A stretch of DNA of 39,088 nucleotides from Candidatus Zixiibacteriota bacterium (lineage in GTDB: Bacteria; Zixibacteria; MSB-5A5; GN15; FEB-12), in NCBI GenBank assembly GCA_022562075.1, contig JADFPZ010000002.1:1-39088 (forward strand), given 5' to 3'. Below the pieces are notes generated by a model. The model searched no databases, was not told where the DNA came from, and saw nothing but the letters and a program-made list of their open reading frames with translations. Positions 1 through 7,343 of the stretch are shown one piece after another. Within the stretch, counting starts at the first letter, position 1. Each line of letters opens with the position of its first letter. The position numbers and the translations under genes are program-made.

Positions 1-543
1 ACAGAAAGGAAAAACTATGGCCGAAAAGCCAATGAACATAATGGGCGGGTGTATTTGCATCCAGTAATTCTGCAGCAGCGGATTTAAACCGGCGCCTTCT
101 ATCTGGAAAACCGTCATAAGCTCAAAGGGTGATTTTTTCAAGAGGATTGCAAGCAGTGACAAATTAAACAGATTAAGAAACATCATATTACCCGACTCGA
201 ATTTTTTGGCGGTGTAGATCATGACCAGGCCCATTACAGAAGTATAAAACAGCCAGAGCAGGAAAGTCCCCTGCTGTCCTCCCCACAACGTAGATATCAA
301 ATAACCGAGCGGCAGGTCAGTTGAGGAATATGAATGAACATAAGCGACAGTAAAATCGTGAGATATTATCAGGTAAAGCAGAGTTGCTATTGCCAGAGCA
401 GCAAAAGCCGTCGCGAATTTATAGAACAGACGGGCGATATAGCGCTTGCCCTCATCCCCTCTCCAGACCAGAAAATACAAGAGCATAGAAAATATCGTGC
501 AGCCAGTAGCCGCAAAAATGAAATAATTTCCTAAGTGTGCCAT
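1..543 (-). CDS. ccmF: cytochrome c-type biogenesis protein CcmF/NrfE family (heme lyase), N-terminal part; the gene continues past the window start
   Basis: Absent from the ORF track because it is open at the window edge. My reverse-strand translation from the ATG at 543-541 reads MAHLGNYFIFAATG...ISHDFTVAYVHSYSSTDLPLGYLISTLWGGQQGTFLLWL...GLNPLLQNYWMQIHPPIMFIGFS. This shows the CcmF-type HDFxVxYV, WGGxxGxxLLW and Trp-rich LNPLLQxxWMxIHPP motifs. The frame stays open to base 1. Confidence 0.75.
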   Translation of the reverse strand, partial: MAHLGNYFIFAATGCTIFSMLLYFLVWRGDEGKRYIARLFYKFATAFAALAIATLLYLIISHDFTVAYVHSYSSTDLPLGYLISTLWGGQQGTFLLWLFYTSVMGLVMIYTAKKFESGNMMFLNLFNLSLLAILLKKSPFELMTVFQIEGAGLNPLLQNYWMQIHPPIMFIGFSAIVFPFC

Positions 544-597
544 CTTTATTAGCCCCCAAACATATTCCGCTCCGGTTCTACGGAGCTAAATTTCAAA

Positions 598-1509
598 TTA
601 CCTTGCCACTCGAGCAATTTTTGTTCTCTTCTCCGGCAGCACAACATTAGCTGTGCCGCCTGATAACTCTACTAGTTTCTCAATAACAGCCTCTACCAGA
701 TAATCCGGTGTCGAAGCTCCGGCTGAGATGCCTATCTTTTCATATTTATCTTCAAACCATTCATCTTTAATATCATCGACAGAGCTTATCAGAATGCCCC
801 GTCCGCAGATGCCATCTGATATTTGTGCCAGACGGTTTGAATTGGCCGATGATTCTGAACCAACCACCAGCACCATATCAACATTCGGAGCCAGCTCTAA
901 AATTGCCTGTTGCCTCTTGGTGGTTGCGTTACAAATCGTGTTGAAAACTTTTATGTGCGGCCATTTTTTTACTGCTAATTTTTCAGCCTCTTCAAATTCC
1001 TTTTCATGGGCGGTTGTCTGCACAGTCAGACCGAGTTTGCGCTCTTTCCAGTCGGGCAGAGCCAATAGAGATTCCTTGTCAGAGACTACTGTAATCTTAT
1101 CCGGTGCATAACCTACCACACCGTAAGTTTCATCATGGTCGGCTTCTCCATAGTGGATAATATGGAAACCCTGCTCGACAGCTTTGACAATGATGTCATA
1201 TATGCGGGTTACCAGCGGACAGGTAGCATCGATTACTTTCAGGCCCTGTTCTTCGGCTTTCCTAATTACATCGGGAGCAATGCCGTGTGCAGAAATTATT
1301 AATGTGCCGCCTTCTACATCATCAACGGAAAAAGCCTGTTGTACTCCCTGTTCACGGAATTTTTCCACAACCGACTCGTTGTGTACAATTTCATTGAGTA
1401 TTGTGACTTTTTCATCGCTCTTTTCGGCGGTTTCTTCGGCAATGTTGATCGCTCTTTTGACTCCCATGCAGAAACCGTGATGTTTAGCCATAATAATTTC
1501 TTTAATCAT
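598..1509 (-). CDS. ispH: 4-hydroxy-3-methylbut-2-enyl diphosphate reductase (IspH/LytB)
   Basis: 303-aa ORF. It has the N-terminal HGFCMGVKRAI motif and the length and pattern typical of IspH. There is an ATGA start/stop overlap with lipA at 1506-1509. An alternative start at 1491 (MAKHHGF) is possible. Confidence 0.93.
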   Translation of the reverse strand: MIKEIIMAKHHGFCMGVKRAINIAEETAEKSDEKVTILNEIVHNESVVEKFREQGVQQAFSVDDVEGGTLIISAHGIAPDVIRKAEEQGLKVIDATCPLVTRIYDIIVKAVEQGFHIIHYGEADHDETYGVVGYAPDKITVVSDKESLLALPDWKERKLGLTVQTTAHEKEFEEAEKLAVKKWPHIKVFNTICNATTKRQQAILELAPNVDMVLVVGSESSANSNRLAQISDGICGRGILISSVDDIKDEWFEDKYEKIGISAGASTPDYLVEAVIEKLVELSGGTANVVLPEKRTKIARVAR

Positions 1510-2468
1510 CGTGCCTCCAATAATTCCCTTGATTGGTTGAACGCTTTATAAGAACTCCGCACCAAAGGCCCGGCTTCGACATGGCCAAATCCTATTTCCC
1601 TGCCTACTCGGGCTAACTCCTGGTATTCTTCGGGACGGTAATATCTTTCTACCGGAAGGTGCGCCGGCGACGGCCGCAAATACTGACCAATCGTAAAAAT
1701 ATCAGCTCCGGCATCGCAGACCTGCTTCATCAATTCTATAATTTCTTCTTTGGTTTCGCCAAGCCCGGCCATCATGCCGCTTTTGACTACCGGACGTGGG
1801 CGGTATTTGTGGGCGTAGTTTAAGACCCAGAGCGAGCGCTCAAGCTTGGGCGCCCCGCCGCGGACACGTTTTTGCAGACGGCCGACTGTTTCAACATTAT
1901 GTGCCAGCACATCAACGCCCGAATCAAGTATATAACCCAGTGCCTCGGCATTACCGCGCATGTCGGGAATCAAAAACTCAACTTTTACTTCTTTATCTCG
2001 CTCGCGCAATTCCTGCATGGTTTTGACAAATATCTGGGCGCCGCCATCGGGCAAGTCATCACGCGTCACCGATGTAATTACGACCTGTTTTAAGCCAAGT
2101 TCGGCGACTGTGATAGCCAGTCGTTTTGGCTCGTCCAGATCGAGGCCTTCAGGCTTAGCTTTTATTACATCACAGAAATTACAACCACGGGTGCAATGTT
2201 TCCCCAATATCATAAAAGTTGCGGTACCTTCGTCAAAACATTCTCTGATGTTCGGACAGGAGGCCTCCTGACAGACCGAGTGAAGTCCGTGCGCTTTTAA
2301 GATCGAGCGGACTCTCTGGTAGCCGGGGCCGAATCTGGGGCTGACTTTCAGCCACCTGGGAATATTAGAACGAGGCACCTGCACCCGGTCTCTGACCGGC
2401 GGGGCTTTGGGCTTTTCAGAGTGGGCTGAATTTTCCCCAAATGACTGTGTGAAAATAACTTTTTGCAT
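1506..2468 (-). CDS. lipA: lipoyl synthase (radical SAM)
   Basis: 320 aa. It carries the radical-SAM CxxxCxxC motif (CTRGCNFC) and the auxiliary-cluster motif CQEASCPNIRECF that is diagnostic of LipA. Confidence 0.95.
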   Translation of the reverse strand: MQKVIFTQSFGENSAHSEKPKAPPVRDRVQVPRSNIPRWLKVSPRFGPGYQRVRSILKAHGLHSVCQEASCPNIRECFDEGTATFMILGKHCTRGCNFCDVIKAKPEGLDLDEPKRLAITVAELGLKQVVITSVTRDDLPDGGAQIFVKTMQELRERDKEVKVEFLIPDMRGNAEALGYILDSGVDVLAHNVETVGRLQKRVRGGAPKLERSLWVLNYAHKYRPRPVVKSGMMAGLGETKEEIIELMKQVCDAGADIFTIGQYLRPSPAHLPVERYYRPEEYQELARVGREIGFGHVEAGPLVRSSYKAFNQSRELLEAR

Positions 2469-2505
2469 CGTTCTCTGTCCAATTAAGGCATTATTTAAGC
2501 CTAAG

Positions 2506-3102
2506 TCAACCTGATGTAAAAGTCTCCAAAAAATAGCGTAACAGCGAGGTATCCTGGCCTAATTCAGCATGAAAAGAGCTGGCCAGAACCTTGTTCTGAG
2601 AAATTAACACCGGCTCATTTTTGAATTCCCCGAGTACTTTCACGCCTTTGCCTATTCTGGTGATTTTGGGTGCCCTGATAAAAGTGGCTGCCATTTGCGA
2701 TTTACCGTTACCCAGATTAATATTTATCTCATCTTCAAACGAAAAGACTTGCCGGCCATAGCCGTTACGCAGAACATCAATATCTAGCAGTCCCAGTGGC
2801 TCTACCTCGGACTGGTTATCTTCGATTTTTTTTGAAAGCATTATCAGACCGGCACAGGTACCAAAAACAGGCTTATTTTTGCAAAAATTTATTAACGGCT
2901 GACGCAGCTCGAACCTGTTTATCAGCTTGTCCATAGTGGTAGTCTCCCCGCCGGGGATTATCAGGGCATCAAGATTTTTGAGGTCGCTCTCAAGACGTAC
3001 TTCTACAGCTTTTACAGCGAGAGACTGCAGCTGCTTTTTGTGCGCTTCGTAATCCCCTTGCAGCGCCAGGATACCGACGATTATGTTTTTTGAGAGAGTC
3101 AT
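2506..3102 (-). CDS. pdxT: pyridoxal 5'-phosphate synthase, glutaminase subunit PdxT
   Basis: 198 aa. It shows a class I amidotransferase pattern (ILALQGDY, IIPGGETTTM, GTCAG) and lies directly downstream of pdxS. Confidence 0.93.
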   Translation of the reverse strand: MTLSKNIIVGILALQGDYEAHKKQLQSLAVKAVEVRLESDLKNLDALIIPGGETTTMDKLINRFELRQPLINFCKNKPVFGTCAGLIMLSKKIEDNQSEVEPLGLLDIDVLRNGYGRQVFSFEDEININLGNGKSQMAATFIRAPKITRIGKGVKVLGEFKNEPVLISQNKVLASSFHAELGQDTSLLRYFLETFTSG

Positions 3103-3185
3103 CGTTTCTTAAACAGTTGAAGAAAGATATTGTGCCAGCTGCATTTATACTTAAACAAAAGTCAAAAGATGGGCAAACAAGTTTC

Positions 3186-4070
3186 CTACCGCGTATGCAG
3201 CAGGTGCTCGTCGGCGATTTGTGCCACCTGGATGCCTTTCATGGCCTCGCCCAGTCCGCGCGAGCTTTCAGTAATCTGCGCAGCGTTTTTGTAATGGGTG
3301 GTGGCATCGACTATCGCTTTGGCGCGTTTTTCAGGGTTATCGGCTTTAAAAATACCAGAGCCGACAAAAACAGCCTCGGCGCCAAGCTGCATACACAAAG
3401 CAGCGTCGGCGGGAGTGGCTACCCCACCTGCGGCAAAATTCGGTACCGGCAGTTTGCCTGTCTTGGAAACAATATTTATCAGCTCTATAGAAACCTGATT
3501 TTCTTTGGCAGCGCCAAATAATTCTTCGTCCGACATAATAGTCAGCGCTTTCATGGCAGAATTAATTTCACGTAAATGTTTGACCGCTTCGGAGACATCG
3601 CCCGTACCGGCTTCCCCTTTGGTGCGAATCATAGCAGCGCCTTCGGATATTCTGCGAAGTGCCTCACCCAAATTCCGGCAGCCACAGACAAAAGGGACTT
3701 TGAACTGCCACTTGTCAATGTGGTACTTGTTATCTGCCGGTGTCAGGACCTCGGACTCATCAATAAAGTCAACTTCGAGTGCTTCCAGCACTTGTGCCTC
3801 GACAAAATGCCCGATACGACACTTGGCCATGACCGGAATAGTGACCGTGCGTTTTATATCTTCAATTATATCAGGGTCAGACATACGAGCCACGCCGCCG
3901 TCGGCACGGATATCTGAGGGCACTCTCTCTAAAGCCATAACAGCGGCAGCACCGGAATCTTCGGCAATCTTGGCCTGCTCGGCATTGATCACGTCCATTA
4001 TTACGCCGCCTTTGAGCATCTCTGCCAGACCAACATTTACTTTGTACTGTTTATCATCAAATTTCAGCAT
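3186..4070 (-). CDS. pdxS: pyridoxal 5'-phosphate synthase, lyase subunit PdxS
   Basis: 294 aa with the highly conserved PdxS/SNZ sequence ([49 protein letters not shown]). Confidence 0.96.
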   Translation of the reverse strand: MLKFDDKQYKVNVGLAEMLKGGVIMDVINAEQAKIAEDSGAAAVMALERVPSDIRADGGVARMSDPDIIEDIKRTVTIPVMAKCRIGHFVEAQVLEALEVDFIDESEVLTPADNKYHIDKWQFKVPFVCGCRNLGEALRRISEGAAMIRTKGEAGTGDVSEAVKHLREINSAMKALTIMSDEELFGAAKENQVSIELINIVSKTGKLPVPNFAAGGVATPADAALCMQLGAEAVFVGSGIFKADNPEKRAKAIVDATTHYKNAAQITESSRGLGEAMKGIQVAQIADEHLLHTR

Positions 4071-4123
4071 ATTAATTACCCGCCGTTATAGTTAATTTTC
4101 TGGTACTCATGCAGTATGTAACC

Positions 4124-4164
4124 ATAAAAATAGCCGCAATACTAATAGAATAGAGCATTGCGGC
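4124..4164 (-). terminator. putative rho-independent terminator after the Rrf2 regulator gene
   Basis: An 8-bp stem GCCGCAAT (4133-4140) pairs with ATTGCGGC (4157-4164) around a 16-nt loop. On the minus strand it is followed by a T-rich run (TATTTTTAT). It sits 21 nt after the Rrf2 stop. Confidence 0.5.
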
Positions 4165-4184
4165 CAGATTTTAGTCAAGAGAAT

Positions 4185-4613
4185 TTATTTCGATTTTTTC
4201 CTGGCCTTAAGAGCGTACCCTCCAAAAGTCTGTCTGCTGAAAGTATTCTTAAGTGTCTTTTCCTGGTCTTTCCAGAACTTCTCAAAACTGTTATCAGCTT
4301 TGCCGTCGCCTGAAAATGCTCTCGACCTGCCGTCGGTGGCCAGACTAATACGAAGCGGACCATCGATTATTTCTATCACATTAAGAAACGAAACATCTTT
4401 GGCTGCTTTGGACAGTCTGTAGCCGCCGGTAACTCCCTGGAAAGAACGAAGTATTCCCCCACGAGTCAGGTCCTTTAGTATCTTGGCCAAAAACTCACGC
4501 GGTACCTTTTCGGCCTGCGATATTGAATTAATAGAACCCAGTTTATTCTTAGGTAGGGTGGAGAGATGCCGAACAGCTCTCAAAGCATAATCCGATTTCC
4601 GCGATAATCTCAT
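4185..4613 (-). CDS. Rrf2-family winged-helix transcriptional regulator (no cysteines, so not a cluster-ligating IscR/NsrR type)
   Basis: 142 aa. The N-terminus MRLSRKSDYALRAVRHLS...INSISQAEKVPREFLAKILKDL is the canonical Rrf2 HTH. The protein contains no Cys at all. It is divergent from the iscA-fdx operon. Confidence 0.88.
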   Translation of the reverse strand: MRLSRKSDYALRAVRHLSTLPKNKLGSINSISQAEKVPREFLAKILKDLTRGGILRSFQGVTGGYRLSKAAKDVSFLNVIEIIDGPLRISLATDGRSRAFSGDGKADNSFEKFWKDQEKTLKNTFSRQTFGGYALKARKKSK

Positions 4614-4713
4614 TGATAAACCTTTCTTTTCTTCATGTTGTCATTAGTTACACTCGATATAAAACTGCAATTCGGGAATAAAAGTTCCTTTCTTCATTCA
4701 TATATTGGTTGGG

Positions 4714-4742
4714 ATTATAAGAAAAAAGAGTCCATCCGTCCA
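4714..4742 (-). promoter_or_regulatory. candidate sigma-70 promoter for the Rrf2 gene (TGGACG-17 nt-TATAAT)
   Basis: The minus strand has a perfect TATAAT (complement of 4714-4719) with TGGACG 17 nt upstream (complement of 4737-4742). It lies about 100 nt upstream of the start codon. Motif match only. Confidence 0.35.
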
Positions 4743-4876
4743 CATATTTATTGACAATTCCTGAATTATTTTTTGAATTTTATTTCCTTCACGAAATTTT
4801 CATAAAAATCCCATCGCTAACTTAGTTAACGAGCCATTATTCCGGAACCGATAACTAAATTGTCTGTTATAACTGG

Positions 4877-4904
4877 TTGACAGAACAAACAAACGATATA
4901 GATT
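4877..4904 (+). promoter_or_regulatory. candidate sigma-70 promoter for iscA-DUF2480-fdx (TTGACA-16 nt-TAGATT)
   Basis: TTGACA at 4877-4882 and TAGATT at 4899-4904, about 30 nt upstream of the ATG at 4933. An ATAAC-N10-GTTAT inverted repeat at 4851-4870 abuts the -35 element. Confidence 0.35.
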
Positions 4905-4932
4905 GTAGAGAAATGAATACGGGAGCCTTTTA

Positions 4933-5292
4933 ATGACCGAAACTATAAAAGAATCTGCCCAGCAGATGTCTATTACAATAACTCCGGATGCCATGGTGGA
5001 AGTCAAACGGCTGATTTCTCAAGAAAAAGATGAAAATCTATATTTGAGAATCGGTGTTGCTGCCGGAGGCTGCTCCGGAATGTCATATACTATGGCATTT
5101 GATACGGAAAAAACGCCCAGTGACAGCGAATACGAATTTGAAGGCATCAAAGTGCTGGTTGAAGAAAAAGCGCTGGTGCAATTGAATGGTACAATTTTGG
5201 ACTATAAAAGCGGCCTGATGGGCGCCGGTTTTTCTTTTTCTAATCCCAATGCCCGCCGTTCCTGTGGCTGCGGTTCCTCATTTAGCTGCTAA
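4933..5292 (+). CDS. iscA: A-type iron-sulfur cluster carrier (HesB/IscA/ErpA family)
   Basis: 119 aa with the conserved Cys signature GGCSGMSY ... RRSCGCGSSF. Confidence 0.9.
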   Translation: MTETIKESAQQMSITITPDAMVEVKRLISQEKDENLYLRIGVAAGGCSGMSYTMAFDTEKTPSDSEYEFEGIKVLVEEKALVQLNGTILDYKSGLMGAGFSFSNPNARRSCGCGSSFSC

Positions 5293-5295
5293 AAA

Positions 5296-5553
5296 ATGCC
5301 TTTTTCTGTGCTGGATCCCGAAGATTTGCTCGAAAACGGCGTTTTCAAAGAAGCGGCTTTCCTTGAAAAAGCGGATAATTTTGACTGGCTGCAGTTTGAA
5401 AACAAGCAGGTTTTGGTCCGTGGCTGCAGTTCTGCTCTGATTCCCCCCTGGGCATTTATGTTGATAACCGGAAAATTGGCACATTTGGCCAAAAATGTCC
5501 GCTTCGGAAATGAGCATGATAATCTGGTTGTGTTCAGGAAGAAAAAGGATTAG
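5296..5553 (+). CDS. small conserved hypothetical, DUF2480-like (tentative)
   Basis: 85 aa, starting 3 nt after the iscA stop. The pattern L.E.G.F.E..F...... DW..F....V.V.GC...IPPWAFMLI resembles my memory of the Bacteroidetes DUF2480 family found next to Fe-S genes. It is much shorter than that family. Not verified. Confidence 0.45.
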   Translation: MPFSVLDPEDLLENGVFKEAAFLEKADNFDWLQFENKQVLVRGCSSALIPPWAFMLITGKLAHLAKNVRFGNEHDNLVVFRKKKD

Positions 5554-5591
5554 AATTGTCTTCTCAAAATTTGTAGAACCGAAGGATATGG

Positions 5592-5918
5592 ATGAGTTTG
5601 ATGCCTAAGATAAAGTTTTTGCCTTCTGATGTTGAAGTTGAGGTCGAAGAAGGAACGCCCATTTTGGACGCAGCCTTAGATAATGATATTCATATAGACC
5701 ATAATTGCGGCGGCAACTGCGCCTGCTCCACCTGCCACATAATTGTGATAGAGGGATTTGATACTCTTAATGAAATGACTGAAGACGAGCAGGATATGCT
5801 GGATGAAGCCGAGGGCCTGACCGAGACCTCACGTCTGGCCTGCCAGTGCGAAACCAGAGCTAATCTGATTGTAAAAATCCCTCCCAAAGAGTCAGACTGG
5901 GAAAATGACCCCTTTTAG
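5592..5918 (+). CDS. fdx: [2Fe-2S] ferredoxin, ISC/adrenodoxin type
   Basis: 108 aa. It has the Cys pattern C-x5-C-x2-C (CGGNCACSTCH) plus a distal LACQC. A GAAGGA Shine-Dalgarno lies upstream. Confidence 0.85.
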   Translation: MSLMPKIKFLPSDVEVEVEEGTPILDAALDNDIHIDHNCGGNCACSTCHIIVIEGFDTLNEMTEDEQDMLDEAEGLTETSRLACQCETRANLIVKIPPKESDWENDPF

Positions 5919-5941
5919 GTATTATATCAGCTAAATTGTTC

Positions 5942-5972
5942 AAAACCGCCTTTTTTTGAGGCGGTTTTTTTG
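5942..5972 (+). terminator. rho-independent terminator ending the iscA-fdx operon
   Basis: AAAACCGCC (5942-5950) pairs with GGCGGTTTT (5960-5968) and is followed by a T run. It starts 24 nt after the fdx stop. Confidence 0.8.
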
Positions 5973-5985
5973 TGAGCGTAAATTG

Positions 5986-6013
5986 TTGACTCTTTTCCCC
6001 TTATAGATAAAAT
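5986..6013 (+). promoter_or_regulatory. candidate sigma-70 promoter for the pseudopilin array (TTGACT-16 nt-TAAAAT)
   Basis: TTGACT at 5986-5991 and TAAAAT at 6008-6013. It sits between the terminator and the first pseudopilin gene. Motif match only. Confidence 0.35.
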
Positions 6014-6069
6014 CCACCATGCCCAAAAAGTAAATTTGGGCTGCAAAACAGCCGATAATATAAAGATAG

Positions 6070-7326
6070 ATGACGAAACGCTTGGAGTGCATGCAATTGC
6101 ATATTTCAAATTGGAAAAAAGGATATTCTTTGATTGAACTGATGGTTGTCATTATCATCATTTCGATTATCGCAGCCGTGTCTGTAAAAACTTTAGTAAC
6201 TTCAAGCAATACCGTCCGCACTGAACGCTCTAAAGATGAAATGGACGAACTGGCCTTTGCCGTAGCCGGTAACCCTGATTTGGTTTCAGGCGGAACAAGA
6301 ACAGATTTCGGATACGTCGGCGATGTCGGATCTATGCCGGCCAATCTCGATGCGCTGGTAATAAACCCGGGCGGATTCGCCACCTGGAACGGGCCATATT
6401 TGAAAGACGATTACCTGGCTGCATCAGGCGGCGCTAATTCTGAATTCAAAGTCGATGATTGGGGTTCCGGATATATCTACTCATCCGGGGTAACCATAAC
6501 TTCGACCGGCAGCGGACAGACTATCACCAGAAAAATCGCAAACTCTGTAAGCGACTTACTTTACAACAGGGTGGCTGTTACCGTAACAGACATAAACCAG
6601 AACCCTCCCGGACCAATCTACAAAGACTCTATAAATGTTCTTCTGACTTATCCTAACGGTACTGGCGGAACGGTCACCATAGCCCGGGCACCTGCCTCAG
6701 ATGGTTTTGTTCAGATTGATTCTGTCCCGATAGGGCTTCAAACTTTAAGAACAGTTTATCTGCCTGACAATGATACCCTGAGGCGAAAAGTTGCAGTTAA
6801 CCCGGGAGAACTGGCCTTAGTCGATGTTCAGCTCTTTAGTAACCCCTGGGGTTCTGGAGGCGGTGCTGGTTCCGGCACCGTCATAATCAGACCCGACGGA
6901 GTTGGAGATTATACCCAGCATACCAGCAACGGCTGCAGCAGTAATTGGCAATGCGTCAACGATGTCACCTCAGACGGCGATGGCTCCTATGTAATAATAG
7001 GTTCAGGTCCCTGGGCACAGGATGCTTATCAGGCAGAAGACCCGATTGGCAGCGGTGCCATCGATAGTATTGTTATTTATATTTTAGTACGCTCTACCGG
7101 TCCGGGACAATTAGCACGAACGGTGCTGATAGTTAACGGTAATCTTTATACCGGCGGTAATGTTAACTTAAACGCCTATACGACTTACACCGTTTTTTCA
7201 ACCGCCTATGCCACAAACCCGGACACATCCTCTCCCTGGACCTGGGCTGAACTAAACGATATTCAAATTGGAGTCGGCTTAAAAGATCAGGCCAGATGCA
7301 CTCAGGTTTGGGCGGAAATTTTTTAA
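6070..7326 (+). CDS. large pseudopilin-like protein, paralog 1 of 4: prepilin N-methylation signal + GspG-like core + beta-sandwich + Gly linker + unknown C-terminal module
   Basis: 418 aa. The class III signal is KKG|YSLIELMVVIIIISIIAAV. A conserved block follows: TDFGYVGDVGSMPANLDALVINPGGFATWNGPYL ... DDWGSGYIYSSG ... STGSG. The true start may be the ATG at 6091 (MQLHISNWKKG). Confidence 0.85.
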   Translation: MTKRLECMQLHISNWKKGYSLIELMVVIIIISIIAAVSVKTLVTSSNTVRTERSKDEMDELAFAVAGNPDLVSGGTRTDFGYVGDVGSMPANLDALVINPGGFATWNGPYLKDDYLAASGGANSEFKVDDWGSGYIYSSGVTITSTGSGQTITRKIANSVSDLLYNRVAVTVTDINQNPPGPIYKDSINVLLTYPNGTGGTVTIARAPASDGFVQIDSVPIGLQTLRTVYLPDNDTLRRKVAVNPGELALVDVQLFSNPWGSGGGAGSGTVIIRPDGVGDYTQHTSNGCSSNWQCVNDVTSDGDGSYVIIGSGPWAQDAYQAEDPIGSGAIDSIVIYILVRSTGPGQLARTVLIVNGNLYTGGNVNLNAYTTYTVFSTAYATNPDTSSPWTWAELNDIQIGVGLKDQARCTQVWAEIF

Positions 7327-7343
7327 TACAGGTTAAGTAATTA

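Noticed and set aside
3505-4095. Long antisense ORFs in the track, for example 3505-4095(+), 728-1111(+), 1960-2271(+), 16045-16422(+), 23547-23891(+), 24999-25301(+) and 33662-33979(+).
   Set aside because: Each lies wholly opposite a gene with unmistakable conserved motifs (pdxS, ispH, lipA, guaA, lpxA, lpxC, HEAT protein). Their translations are Ser/Ala/Pro/Arg-rich low-complexity strings typical of shadow frames.
5940-6383. 147-aa minus-strand ORF overlapping the terminator, promoter region and start of pseudopilin paralog 1.
   Set aside because: It runs through a rho-independent terminator and lies opposite the strongly supported prepilin signal. No motif or RBS was seen, so it is a shadow ORF.
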